From the NCBI GenBank assembly GCA_038496445.1, contig JALMLS010000193.1, forward strand, positions 1-45,046: a DNA stretch of 45,046 nt, given 5' to 3'. Every line of letters begins with the position of its first letter. Position 1 is the stretch's first letter. The translations under genes were made by a program, and so were the position numbers. The stretch is from Trichosphaerium sp. ATCC 40318. Taxonomy: Eukaryota; Protista; Tubulinea. The notes under the pieces were generated by a model. The model had not been told where the DNA came from. It did no database searches and was given only the letters and a program-made list of their open reading frames with translations. Below, piece after piece: positions 1-12,129 of the stretch.

Positions 1-1141
1 AATTGCATGAATATAGCAATCAACAGTACATACGATGTGCTCCGATTCTATTTAATAAGTAAAGGGTTTTAATAAAAAATAGGATGTACTAAGAGTATCT
101 CGGTGGATTCTTTGGCATCGGATTGAAAAAGCTATTGGATGATTAGAAAAACATGTCTACTTACGCTCATTACGCACTTGTGGAGAATTTTTTATGAGAG
201 AGGTTGTATAAGCAAGAGCAAAACTTGCGGTACTTGAGAGTCCAAGAACACACATCAAGTAATACTTAAAGGAAGTCGATGTGCGGAAAATTCTGAGTTT
301 AAAAGGCATAAGGATAAGTTTCTTTGATTATTCTCACGCACTTTCCTATCGTCCAGCCAATGAAGAGACCAAGTGCAATATATAAATAAAGAAATACGAA
401 TGTAGGCCAGTATTTAACAAGTTGAGAAAGTGTTACAACGTCAGACACTTAATGTTTTAAGTCATAACCTTTTTTGACAATTTTGTATTGTTTTTTGGCT
501 TTTTGCCAGAAAAAAAAAGGTGGCGGACCTGTTGCGAATAGCAGTGATGGCATAATAAGTGATTTTATAAGGTTTGAAATACTCTGTACTGTATTGTCAC
601 TTAAGACGCCTATACGAGTCATCGTAATACCTTAAATAAGTGAGTTTACGCGTTTGTTTGTTCGTTGGCAAAAACCTGTTTATTTCACTTACCAGCGGCA
701 ACTAAGCAACATATTTCACCTGTTGCTGCTAAAGCCGAAAACGTGATAACCTTTAACGTAGCCATAGCCAATCTGGAAGTGTTATTAAGTTCGTTACTTT
801 TTACGACTAAAAAGCCAAGTCACGTGACTTTGGATGGACAAACCAAAAACAGATTGTCCGAGTTTACAATTACTTTCATTGCATTGAACTGCATGTAGAA
901 GTTAATCTGGATGAGAATAGAATAATAGTATTCTGTTGCAATCTGTACAACAGATTTTGACATGCAAACCAATTGGTTTGTGTCAAGAATAAACTCAACC
1001 TGTAGGCGTTGTAACTTTTCATATTTCACGTTTAATGTAATAAAAAAATAAATAGAACACGTGTATTACTCTTCAGTGACTAGGAGTTGGCTTTGATTTT
1101 TAGTCTTATAAAAATCAAAATACTCATAGACTCCTGCTTTA

Positions 1142-1942
1142 ATGGCGTCAAAACGAAAGGTAGCTGGCTAAAACGTACTATGTAGCATAAACTAACCGGC
1201 GACATCCTCGTAGATTAATACCTCAGAGTTGGCTGATTACTGCCTATTAACCCTCCCCGTTGAGTTGCACCTAGATATTATCGATTTAGACGGAGAAGTA
1301 TTCAATGGCTCTCTTTTATCCAACCACATGGCTATAACTACAAGATTCAATAGCACGTTTGATAAGCATGGTAAATGGAGGAAATATTTTAATTGTCCAA
1401 TGCGCATTCAATGTTTCCTAATTGAAGGAGAAGGCAACTTGTGGAATGCTGAGCATAAAAGTCTGGTTAAAATGGAATGTTTTTACATCAATAGTAAGAG
1501 ACACGGACAAGAGAAGCGTTGGTATAGGAATGGTAGGATGGAATCCACGTGTTTGTACTCGAACAACATAAAAGTTGGAGAAGAGAAAAGTTGGTACATG
1601 AATGGCATCAAAAGAAGTAGTATTTGTTATAGCAAGGCTCCGATTAGTAATTGTACAGCAATTCAGAAGCTAGAAGGTGATAAAATAGCTTGGCATGATA
1701 ATGGCCAAATGGCTTACAAGTGTTTTTATGTTGATAACAAACAGCAAGGTGAAGAAAAAAGTTGGTATAAGAATGGTCAAATAAAGCGTCAATGCTTTTA
1801 TGTAAGTACACAACAACAAGTCTTTCCACAAAAACAGGGCGAAGATATATTTTGGAGTGAAGATGGTGAATTAAGAACTGTACATTTTTATGATAAAGGT
1901 CAATTTATACGTGACAAATCGTATTTAGCGATATCGTTTTGA
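1142..1942 (+). CDS. F-box-like + MORN-variant (YwqK/MORN_2-type) repeat protein, 2 exons (1142-1159, 1214-1942)
   Basis: ATG at 1142 gives MASKRK. A phase-0 intron 1160-1213 (GTAGCT...ACTAAC...CGTAG) joins it in frame to the TTG-started ORF. F-box-like LLTLPVELHLDII is followed by about 24-aa GEEKSWYxNGQ repeats. Confidence 0.85.
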
Positions 1943-2299
1943 CTTAGATAGAAATCATTTCTCATAAGATTCATGTGTTCTTGTTGATCTACAATACCAG
2001 ATTGGAGGCAGAATATGTCTCACTCAGCTTCAATCCCTGGATCACATACCCAGAGACCCTTCCCATTTATTAAATTGGAGTTATCTCTTGTACATATACA
2101 ACAAATTACATATATAAATTGAAGAATTCAATCAGCAACACAAAAACTTTTTGCATCATAATGTGCCATTGTATAGAACTGCTACTTGCTGATGTTGTTT
2201 TACGATACTACTGTACTTAAACAACTATCTCTCACTTATCAAACGCCATAAAATACCTTTTATACTGTCAAAAAATGAATGAAAAGCACGTGATTACTA

Positions 2300-3070
2300 A
2301 CGTTGTAAACACCAACTTCCAAGTGAATGTCTATGCAAGCATTGGTTTAGAACGTTTCGACTTCATAGTTTTTGCTCATTTTAAAGGTACCTGAGCAAGT
2401 TGAATCTCTAGGCAAGGCTTATTGTTAGGTATTGGTTGTATGGCTAGCTCCAAAGCTTTTATACTGTCGGGCTTATCCAAGAATGGTATTTTTCCTTTAT
2501 CGTTCGGAACCAGAATTGACTTATTCGCTTCGTTGTCAAGTTTCTAGAGTACGTTAATGATAGCCTCATCATCTAGTTTGCTCTTCTAACGTATGTAGAG
2601 GTTTATCTAGAGTCCCTTTAAAACTCATTAAAGAGTTAACAGTCGAGCACAAAAGGAAGTTAAGTACCGGCAAACAAGAACTAAGTCATTGTTAATTTGA
2701 TCAAAAAGCAATTCAATTGATTTCGAGTGTCCATGGCGACGCGCAGTGAAGTGGTGTTTGACCGTCTTCCATAGTAACACTTGTTTCGAATTTGTTTTTA
2801 AGAAGAATTTCCAAGTGATTGTGTTTGCCCTTGATGCAAGCCAAATGCATCATTGTACAGCCTATGGCAATTTCCTTGTATTCGAGTATGTACTTGGTAT
2901 AGTGGTTTTAAGTTGTTTAGTAGCTATAAGAGCTTCTATGGCTGTGGTAGAGTTGCACATTATGCTCATGTGAAGTACCTTACATGACCAGACAACACCA
3001 ATACCCCTTTGTAGCTACTGCTTTAATTGTATAGAGCTGCTTAATATCCGAGTACTTAGAGATACATTTT
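2300..3070 (-). pseudogene. Ankyrin-repeat pseudogene
   Basis: Minus-strand pieces VLHMSIMCNSTTAIEALI, GCTMMHLACIKGKHNHLEILLKNKFETSVTMEDGQTPLHCA and RHGHSKSIELLF match the ankyrin consensus. They are separated by two frameshifts (near 2905 and 2740), with in-frame stops further on. Ends are approximate. Confidence 0.75.
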
Positions 3071-3518
3071 CTATGTAACAAAAACAAAAGTATCCTCCCT
3101 AGGTGAGGACACGGTATTTTTATTTGTTTTCATTCAGATGCACTTCCTAGGTAAGGCCGCTGGTTTTTGAGAATTTTTTTTTTTTTTTGGGTACCAAGTA
3201 AGTTCTATGTTCACCGATACTTTAAGATCACGGAAGCCGCTAATAGATTTGTTACTTTTTTTTTTTTTTTTTGATTTTTTATTGGTTTTATAGACCGACC
3301 ATTATGTGTCTACTTTCGTCAGCCACTACGAAAGGTTTAAGAGGGTTTTATGTGAGTCGCTTCGGTTAGTCAAACCGAAACTAGCTGTGGAGAACTACTT
3401 CCATCTGATATCGAGAATATTTTCGTTTCTTTTTATACCATTAAAAACTACACAAAAATAAATTGTGGTATTAATAGAAGCTTCTAGAAGGTTAGTTCAC
3501 TGAAAATTCTATTTTAAA

Positions 3519-3721
3519 TACTCAAATATGGATAATGCACATTTCAAAACGCTCCCAAAGGCCTGTGATAGCTATTTACACACGTGGAAACCACATTGAA
3601 CAAGTTTTGTATCTAAAAGCGTGCAACGAAACGAGAACTTCTTTTTTTAGATACTGTTTCGTAATTACTCAAATATGGATAACGCTCGTTTGGAAAACCA
3701 CAAACCTTGTACTAGCTATTT
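3519..3721. repeat. Degenerate direct repeat, 147-bp spacing
   Basis: TACTCAAATATGGATAA occurs exactly at 3519 and 3666; each copy is followed by TAGCTATTT (3569 and 3713). Confidence 0.7.
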
Positions 3722-3931
3722 TCATGTATTTGGAACTTATTCATGCACACAGTCTATCCTAGGCAGAAAATTGTGCAATTTGATGGCTGATTTTGACTGG
3801 ATTTGTGGGTTTTGGTGTTCTGTTGACTATTCCGATTCGGTTTTCAAATGCAACTTGTTGAATCTATCCATTAGGAACATTGCTAGGTGCTACAAACCAA
3901 AGCTCCTCAACATCCTGACTCACCAAACGCC

Positions 3932-4003
3932 CATGAATATTCATGAATGAATATTAATGAATATGGCTTACGGGACAATGAATATGAATATTGCTTGTAT
4001 TCA
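3932..4003. repeat. Cluster of ATGAATA(T) short repeats
   Basis: Several ATGAATA units, including the palindrome ATGAATATTCAT. Confidence 0.55.
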
Positions 4004-4324
4004 TAACGGAAGGGCGTTAATCTATCCTTTCTGCTGTGATGTTTTTAGGCAAATTTTCAGTGTTAACAGCTCATCTCAACACACTGTTTGGTAATAATTG
4101 ATTTACATTATACTGTCAGCGAAGAACTCGCTGTCAAGCTACTTGACAAGTACAAATTCCCTTTACCAATATCACGTGACAAAGCTAGTTTTACACATTT
4201 CTTATCAACTAACGTTCTGACCGTGATAACTCTTTGTAGGAGGCTGGGAGCAAATATACAAGTCAGGAGTTTGGTTAAGCTACAGTGAGTTTTTAACAAG
4301 TTTGACCATTACACTCATCAAATA

Positions 4325-5245
4325 ATGTCGATCAAGCAAGAAGAAGCTATGAATCGAGTTACACGTCTTCAAAGTATGCCACCAGAGACGATTACTCATA
4401 TTTTGAGTTTTTTAAACAGGAAACAGCGTATTAGAGCTTGTAGAGTATCTAGTGTATTCAAAGACATCATACGTAACAATCTTGGCTTTAATATCATCAA
4501 ATTACATGATTCAACAGATTGTCGTGTTCTCTTTGAAAGTCCTTTGCTCAAAAACACTAAAATTGTTTGTGAGTATCTAGAACTAGAAGGGAACGACTTG
4601 AATTATCTTTGTGGTGTTCGAACCATTTATTTAAATGGTGCCATATTGACAGATGCAGATATTGTTGGACTAGTAAACAAAGGACAACATTTTAGTCACT
4701 GCTCCATTCATACAATATACTTGAGTGAAACGTCCATCACAGATGTATCTTTAAAGGCACTCAAAGGTGTACATACAATCGATATTAGACATTGCAAGAA
4801 TATTACTGTTGAAGGAATAAAGGCACTAAAAGAAGTTCATAAACTTATCCTCTCTAATCCTCAAGACTCATGGTTGAAGTATCTATGTAATGTCCATACG
4901 CTCTTTATTGATAAAGCTAAAATGATGACTGATGAAGGATTCTCATCGTTGATAAATGTGAATACCCTTTCCTTGATTAGGTGTCCGAATATAACAGACT
5001 CATGTTTGAAGAACTTGGTCAACCTGAAGCAGCTTGGTGTTTGTGGGTGTAATGGGATTACAGACTTAGGATTAAAGTACTTGGTCAACCTTGAAATTCT
5101 TTACCTTATGTCTAATGATATGATCACCAATGAATGTTTTGAGCACTTGAAATCACTTAAACGCCTTGTTATTCTAAGTGGTTGTAAACAGATTACAAAA
5201 GAAAAAATTGAAATGTTAGGTATAACTTTTGTTTCATTTTCTTAA
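4325..5245 (+). CDS. F-box/leucine-rich repeat protein (FBXL/AMN1-like LRRs), intronless, 306 aa
   Basis: F-box LQSMPPETITHILSFLNRKQRIRACRVSSVFKDII. LRRs of the type LKGVHTIDIRHCKNITVEG and LVNLKQLGVCGCNGITDLG. Confidence 0.9.
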   Translation: MSIKQEEAMNRVTRLQSMPPETITHILSFLNRKQRIRACRVSSVFKDIIRNNLGFNIIKLHDSTDCRVLFESPLLKNTKIVCEYLELEGNDLNYLCGVRTIYLNGAILTDADIVGLVNKGQHFSHCSIHTIYLSETSITDVSLKALKGVHTIDIRHCKNITVEGIKALKEVHKLILSNPQDSWLKYLCNVHTLFIDKAKMMTDEGFSSLINVNTLSLIRCPNITDSCLKNLVNLKQLGVCGCNGITDLGLKYLVNLEILYLMSNDMITNECFEHLKSLKRLVILSGCKQITKEKIEMLGITFVSFS

Positions 5246-5818
5246 GGGCACTTTGCCCTTAAGTGTAACTTATTAACCTTACTGCTACATGCCTTGTACT
5301 TGTATGTTAATAAACTTACCTTGAATACTAGTACCCTGCTTGACGTATAATTATCAGGGATGATGTTTGATTACAAAACAAAACTAATTGACATAATTGA
5401 AACAAACTTTCCCTCAAATACAAAAGATTTAATGAATCGTCACTTAGCATCACTCATGATCTGTGTTCACCAATAACTGACAGTAACAAATAGACTTTAG
5501 TTGCTACAAAATCGGACTTGGAAGCCAATAAACAACACAAAGAGATACACAAATAACATTCTTATACTATGCAGAAGAGATAATCATCATTGAATATCTT
5601 TTTGTGGCCTAGTCAATACGTGTGTATCTGAAGCTTGTCTACATGGATCTTTCATGCATGGTACATCATCTACTGTAACACTAATTGAGCGTGGTGATTG
5701 TGATGTAAACAGTATACACATGGTACATGGCAGGTCACATTGTAAACAGTAGCAAAAAATAGGCCATTTCAGTTTTGGTGCAAGATCAGTGTTGGAAGGC
5801 TTGGAGAAGTATTTATTA

Positions 5819-8259
5819 CTATAACTTGGTTAATATGTCTTGCCAGTTATTACAGTATGACCAAGTATTGTCATCGAGAGTTTTCATTTCAAGAGGTACA
5901 TTGAACTCAAGAACATCAGAATCAGAAAAAAAGCTCTTCCATGGGGCTCCTGGAACTCCTAAAACGGCCATAGACTTCCAATATCTGCAATAGTTATTAA
6001 AAGATGTGATTGAAGTTAAAAATCATACGCTGCCATTGAGTGTGAAACGTAGACGTCATCTTGAGAAAAAGTTCCATTGAAGAACAGACTTTGGTGCTGG
6101 AATATGTATGCTACTGTTGTTTTGTTTGTAAGTATACTAGAAGTTTAAAGAGATCATGTACTTACACTCTGAAGCATGTGTAGCATTAAGGAAGGAGTTT
6201 GGTCCTTCAGGGAACTTTGTAAAATGATATCTAAAGTAAGAATCTGGCTGAAATTTTGCTATAAACGGAGAAGCTAAGTGTACACCGCACGCAATACCAG
6301 AATCTCCAAAAATCTTAGAAGCGCCCTCCCAATATCCTCTCGCCTTAGAATACGGCACATACCTGTAAAAAAAACATCACGTGAACAAACTTATAAATAC
6401 AAACATCACAAACCATGACTTAACAAGCTCAATAAAGTCAGAAGAATATCCAGCGAAAGATTCAGCGACTATCTTGTTATACATTGCTTCATCAATACCT
6501 AAATACGTTAGAGGTGTTATGTATAATAACAGCAGCAAAGTCGGTCATACCTTCTGCTGGTGTCTTTCCGCTGTTTTGAAACATAAATATGTTTCCTTCA
6601 TATTCTTGAGTGCCGATTATCATAGGGTACTTCCTATACAATCCATCTTGGAGCAAAGACAATGGTTGAGCGGTGATAGTTGTTCCACCAACAGTGGGGT
6701 AGTATGATAACTATTAGCAGTCAGTAAACCATACACTAGTAAACGTGCTCATACGCCAGATTTCTGTGTTTCAGTCATTAGTGTCTTTGCTGGTACTTTT
6801 TTCAGGCATCTGAGAAATCATCAATTATTTAACAATGTAAACATTGACTGTACTCAGTATTAGAGCAATCAAAAAGTTGTAATACACTCTCTGTAATCTT
6901 CATACTAGTTTCTTTTGAGGGAAGTCTCCATGGCCCAGGACTCTCAGCGATTAATGCCCTCAAACAATTATTAGTACAAAAAGAACGATTGATAAAGTAC
7001 ACGTGGTAGAACAGTCAGAACAAAAGTAACATTGTAATGATAAAATGATAGATGGTCAGTGTAGAATGTGTCAACAACAATCGCTCCTTTGCTACTGCAT
7101 CACCTAGTAATGAAGCACCCACTCAACAACCTACAATAGCTCCAGGTGGAGGTATAATAGATGTATTTATCATGGGAAAGTCAGGAACAGTAGGGGACTC
7201 AGTAGGATTTAACGATTGGATGATTTCAAATACGAGTGATATTGTTGTGTAATAAATGAAGTATTGCAACTCTTGTGAAGAGTTTAAATTCAAAAAAGGG
7301 TGCTCACCGTATAGGTACTGTTTGAATTGTAGGTGGTAGAATACTCTGTAGCAACGTGCTCATACCACCTGCTGATTCACCAAATACTGTCAAGGTACTC
7401 GGATTACCACCAAACGCGTGTATATTTTCGTAGACCCATTTAATAGCTAACGCTTGATCTTGTAATCCAACGTTTTCGTGTTGTTTGTTATCTTCATTGT
7501 AATAAAATCCGAAAACATCGAGTCGATATCTACAAAAAGAAATTGACTTTTCGGTCACGTGATATCTTTTTTTTCAAAGTTTTTTTTCAACGTACGATAT
7601 GGTGACTACAATGGAATCTGTTTGAGCAGCAAGTTGTCCGCCAGGGTACAAAGACGTGCCTCCATACAGAAAAGAACCACCATAAACTATTAAGGTCAAT
7701 ACAATCAAGACAAGTCATTTCACTTCACGCACTGAATAGTAAAACTGGCGTTTCTGAGTGCATTGGCATAGGAGTGAATACATTAAGGTATAGACAATCT
7801 TCTGAAGTTTGATCCAAAGTATACATACTACCACCTTGAACACAAGCCTCCTTGAAACTATACAACAAAAAACTTAAGAAAAGTTTTTCGATTTTGTTCT
7901 CAACATACTCTTTGGCGTCAATGATTTTATTCCAATCGTCTACAGGTTGTGGAGCCTGAAAACGCTTATCTCCAATAGGAGGCGTTGCGTATGGTATACC
8001 TAGTTAAACAATCGTAAGAAAAAGACGTAAATGTTACGAGAATGAGGCTCTCACCGTGGAAGTAAGTAAACGGTAGCGCCTCAGTTGTATCTAAACCGAT
8101 TTAGTATCTTACCAACAATATGGCGTAGAAAGTACTGTAATATCCTTGAACAGGTCCGTTCTTTGTTTGAACAACAGGCGGAGATGATCCAAAATAATTC
8201 AGGCACGTGATTGTTACTAAAAAGTTCAAAAAGAGGATAGCCAACAAGCTTTTTAACAT
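5819..8259 (-). CDS. Secreted type-B carboxylesterase/lipase (COesterase family), multi-exon
   Basis: Signal peptide MLKSLLAILFLNFLVTITC. Motifs VVQTKNGPVQG, GIPYATPPIGDKRF, SEDCLYLNVFTP, GLQDQALAIKWVYENIHAFGGNP. Triad residues in GESAGG (Ser), GTQEYEG (Glu) and HASEL (His). TAG at 5819-5821 is followed by AATAAA. Confidence 0.93.
7052..7252 (+). other. Antisense 66-codon ORF/orphan exon nested in carboxylesterase intron 6959-7307
   Basis: Open frame with a Pro/Thr/Ser linker (TASPSNEAPTQQPTIAPGGG), preceded by AG and with AATAAA overlapping its stop. The host intron is 349 nt versus about 45-65 nt for the others in this gene. Confidence 0.45.
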
Positions 8260-9054
8260 GAGTAGTGTATGGCTGTTGCAATATACAAAAAAAGAGTATT
8301 TTCAGTAAAGGCCATTGTCAACGTAGTTCTGTGGTATTAAAGACATACACAAGATACGAACATTCATTAGGCCTCAAGTTCCACCAGACTCATGCGCCAG
8401 GTTGTAGGGTCACCTTGATACATTAGATTGGACATCATAGTCAATAAAAAGAAGGTGCATATTGGACTAGTCTTGAGGCTCTATCATACATACAAGGGGA
8501 TTTATTACACGTAAAAAGAATGCGTAGCAAATGATAATTGAATAAAAAAACAAGAAAGCATGATCACAGTTGTAATTGTTTTGTAAAAGCTTGAAATATT
8601 CCACATTTCATATGAATACAATTACAGAGACGTCAATTTGTTAGAAGTAACTGAGAGTCTTAAGGATATATTGCGGTTGTGATGGTCCAGCTGTTTCTGA
8701 AGCTGCAATTTTGACAATTATAAAAGGCGTACATTTCGTCACATGATCTCCGCACATGACTGAGGTGCGGAGTTATCATTATTTTTTGCACTACAAAGCT
8801 ACTTACGCTTCAAATGGAGCAAGAAGGACGAGTGTGAGATGGAAAAGAGTTCGTGGATAACCGTGATTGTAGTATTTTACTACAAACTAATCAACATAAT
8901 AAACTACAAAAGAAGGCCAAGACAGGATTGACACAATGAATATAATGCCATAATGTTTGTTCATGATGATCTGCTTCCGTGATATCAAGTGCCTTTTATC
9001 ACTTAAGCCAAAAACTATTGGTACACTAAACATCACAACGTCTCTTGAGATCAC

Positions 9055-10219
9055 ATGCATTTTACATCCATACTGGCGTTATTGGCCTTAATTATATCTA
9101 TTTCTTGTCGCCAAATCTCTCCTGGGTATATTTATGGTGTGGCTTCATCACTAACTGATCCTGAAAATGTTGAAGTATTTTATACAGACTTAGAGTTTAA
9201 TAATGGTAAAATACCTTTACCCTTGTTTCGTACTTAACTATTTGCAGAACCTACTTCTCTGGGCGTCACTGCTACGTTTACGCTTCAATCAGAACAATTT
9301 CCAGCCATAAGTGAGCCACAGATGTAAAACCAAGTATGCTGTTTTACAGGCTGATGATGCTTTTTTAGTACCTTCATTTGATGGCTCGATGATTCTTTTG
9401 ACAATGATAGAAACTAGTGGAAGATTTAAAGTAATAGTTAAATCAATTGACAACACATTAATATGTACTGGCGACTTCCCAGAGTTTGCTATTGCCGGTC
9501 AATTTATTGATGATACAACATTCATTGTTTTACTTCCTCCGTCATCCACAGTGGCAACATACAAACTTGACATAACAAATACGAATAATTGTGTATCTCC
9601 AATATACTCGTGCGTAATATCACCAGTAAGACCTTCTGGTTTTATTGGAAGTACGTTGATAACCATCAATTTTTTCTTCTTTTTTTCTTGCTTAATATGA
9701 CTTACTGTTTCTGTTACAGTGGTAGTTGATAGCGAAACAACAATGTTGTCTGTTGCTCAAAGATTTGGGAGTTCTGAAATTCATTCTGTTGATACATCAG
9801 CTTTTTTTGTTCCAGGAGCATGTGTTATTGATTCGATTGATACTTTGGGTTCTCCAATTGTGGGTACTATCTTGCTGTTAAGGCTTGATGATACTACAAA
9901 TGTTGGTATCAACAGTTTTGCTGAAACCCCACGAATGTCAATAGCAATTGATAAAACAACAGGCACTTATGTTCTCTTCAATCATTTATTGTTTATTATA
10001 TTTGGCTTACAAGAATTGTAGGCACTCAAACACCATATAGAACAGTTCAATCATCAAGCATCACTCTGCCAACATTCTACCCAGGTTTCATAGCTCCGTG
10101 TGTATCAAGGTGAATTGAAAGAAAGAAAAGAATACTCACTTACCAGTGTTTTTAGTAAACGGTCAGCAAAGGCAGTGGCGTCATTAAATGAGGAACGAAT
10201 AGCACTGCTACATCGTTAA
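9055..10219 (+). CDS. Secreted hypothetical protein, multi-exon
   Basis: Signal peptide MHFTSILALLALIISISC. The ORF-track pieces are joined by GT-AG introns. The last exon reads KRSAKAVASLNEERIALLHR* and is followed by AATAAA. Confidence 0.7.
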
Positions 10220-12129
10220 ACACTGTTACAGTAATTAATAAACTTTATTCCTTCAGTTCAATTTCATTGTTCTAAACTGAAGGATACTGTACACGATTTG
10301 TCACTAATAAAAGTACTGCATTTACCAGCAATGAAAGGGTTTACGTGAGTAATGGCTGTACAATGCTTTAGTTGGACACTTTCATTGTACTCAACACTAG
10401 AGGATACTGTAGAGGCAATACGCAATTATGATGTAACAGTGCGATGTATTTTATTGTGAACTAGCTTTGAATAAAGTAGGATCTCACACGTGACCAAGAT
10501 CAAGTAGAGATAGGTTCTCCAATCTGGAGTGTTGTTTATGATCCAGAAGTTAGGGATCTACGTTCCTAGGCAAAGTCTCAGTAACATTTTTTTGCTCATG
10601 GCTATTCAAAACTTGAATGAAACAGACAATATAACAGGTTCACACGGTTTGTACTTGTTTCCATGTTTCTGTTGGTTGGTTCAGGTACGAAATTATCACA
10701 TGTTTTTAGTTTGTGACTGTTTTCTGACTTTGTTTGCAGCTATTACTATCAACTCTATATTTTTACATAAGTGTTGGTGAATACATGGATAGTGTTGGAA
10801 AAAGTTTGAGATAGCAATACTATTAGCGACTTTAGATTTACTGTTGATTTATGATTCGTCCGTTGTTTTAGTTTTGGTTTTTCTTCTTGCTCAAGTGTTT
10901 GTTGTTTTTTAAACTTGATGACAATTCGAAGCTGTTGGTGTTTATTCTACTTCCGGTAGTTGCAGTAGAATTGAGTATTTTATACCAGAGTCTTTTTTAC
11001 AATTTAGTGTATTTGAACAAAGAACTGTGAATATCGGGAAGTGTTTTATTCGTTACAAGAACAAGTAAAAGGTTTGTACTTGATCTCACCATCTTCTTGG
11101 TCAGCAACGACATAATCTTGTAGCCAAGACTCTAGCAATTGGTAAATATTGTATTTCAACTCCATGGTTTCTTGAATGTAACATTCCAAGCAATAATTGT
11201 CCTTGAGAATAACTCTGTCTGACTCGGAAATTGTTTTATTTGTTGGCCATCCTAAGAAAGAAGCACTCAAAAAACAAACAGTTTAAGGACTAAAACACCT
11301 CTGAGAACTTTGGCAAACATAAAAGAATGCTCTTCAGCATGAATCTTGTCTTGGCAACAACAACATCAAGGAAGCTGTTGGCACGTGATTAGAGGTTAAG
11401 CCGGCTATAAAAATCCGTAGTCTGATAAAGAAAAATGTTGACACTTTCACTTTTCTAAACTTTGTCAATACAAACTCAATCACCTGTCTCCGTTAATAAT
11501 GATGCTTCGGCTGGTGTTCTTTCTTATTGTTATTTTCGGAGTACATAATGGTAATTTAGTATTGTCGGTAAATGGTAAGGGCAATAAACTTCTAAAAACA
11601 ACCGTTTTTCTCGTTTAGAACGACGACCGACAAAGTCCGAGGACTTATATGTTTAGGCACATCTACGGAACACAAAGCAGTTCCGTATTTCTTTGGATAT
11701 GGTTCTAAAGTAGCTTTTGATGATTTTAACGCTTCAATTGTTATTCCACGTGATGGCGCTAATCTAACAGGTAAAATAAAGACGAAAAAATAGAAAATGA
11801 AAAAAAACACTTTAGTTAATTTTAGATAGGCACGATGAAACCGCCCTTTGAGTACAGAAAAAAACTTGTAAAACACGTGTTTTTTGGTTTTCCGAAAATG
11901 TGGAAAAAAAAGTCGAAGTGATACTGTTCACCACAAAGGGAGACAACTGAGTTATGGCGCTCAGTCGCTAGGCTTTGCCCCCAAACCCCCTAAAGGGGCT
12001 TTTTAAATAGTTCCTATGGCATACTATAGGATAAATAGTGTGCCGAATTTTTTTTGGACAAAATTCTACATATTTGGGCTTCCGGTTTTTTGCACTTTGT
12101 CGACGCAACGCTCTTAAGTTAATTAATAG

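Noticed and set aside
8985-9006. U5 snRNA-like GCCTTTTAT loop
   Set aside because: Loop geometry differs from U5 loop I and there is no downstream Sm site.
10262-10411. Short imperfect direct repeat TTTCATTGT..AGGATACTGTA
   Set aside because: Only two short degenerate copies in a 3' flank; no functional inference is possible.
11046-11876. Minus-strand spliced gene, including a possible Sec codon in LP-TGA-CCCC
   Set aside because: Splice signals exist but I could not build one consistent frame. An alternative frame avoids the TGA and I identified no SECIS.
11983-12010. CCCCTAAAGGGG hairpin as a Helitron end or REP element
   Set aside because: Single short stem, no CTRR terminus and no other copies in the window.
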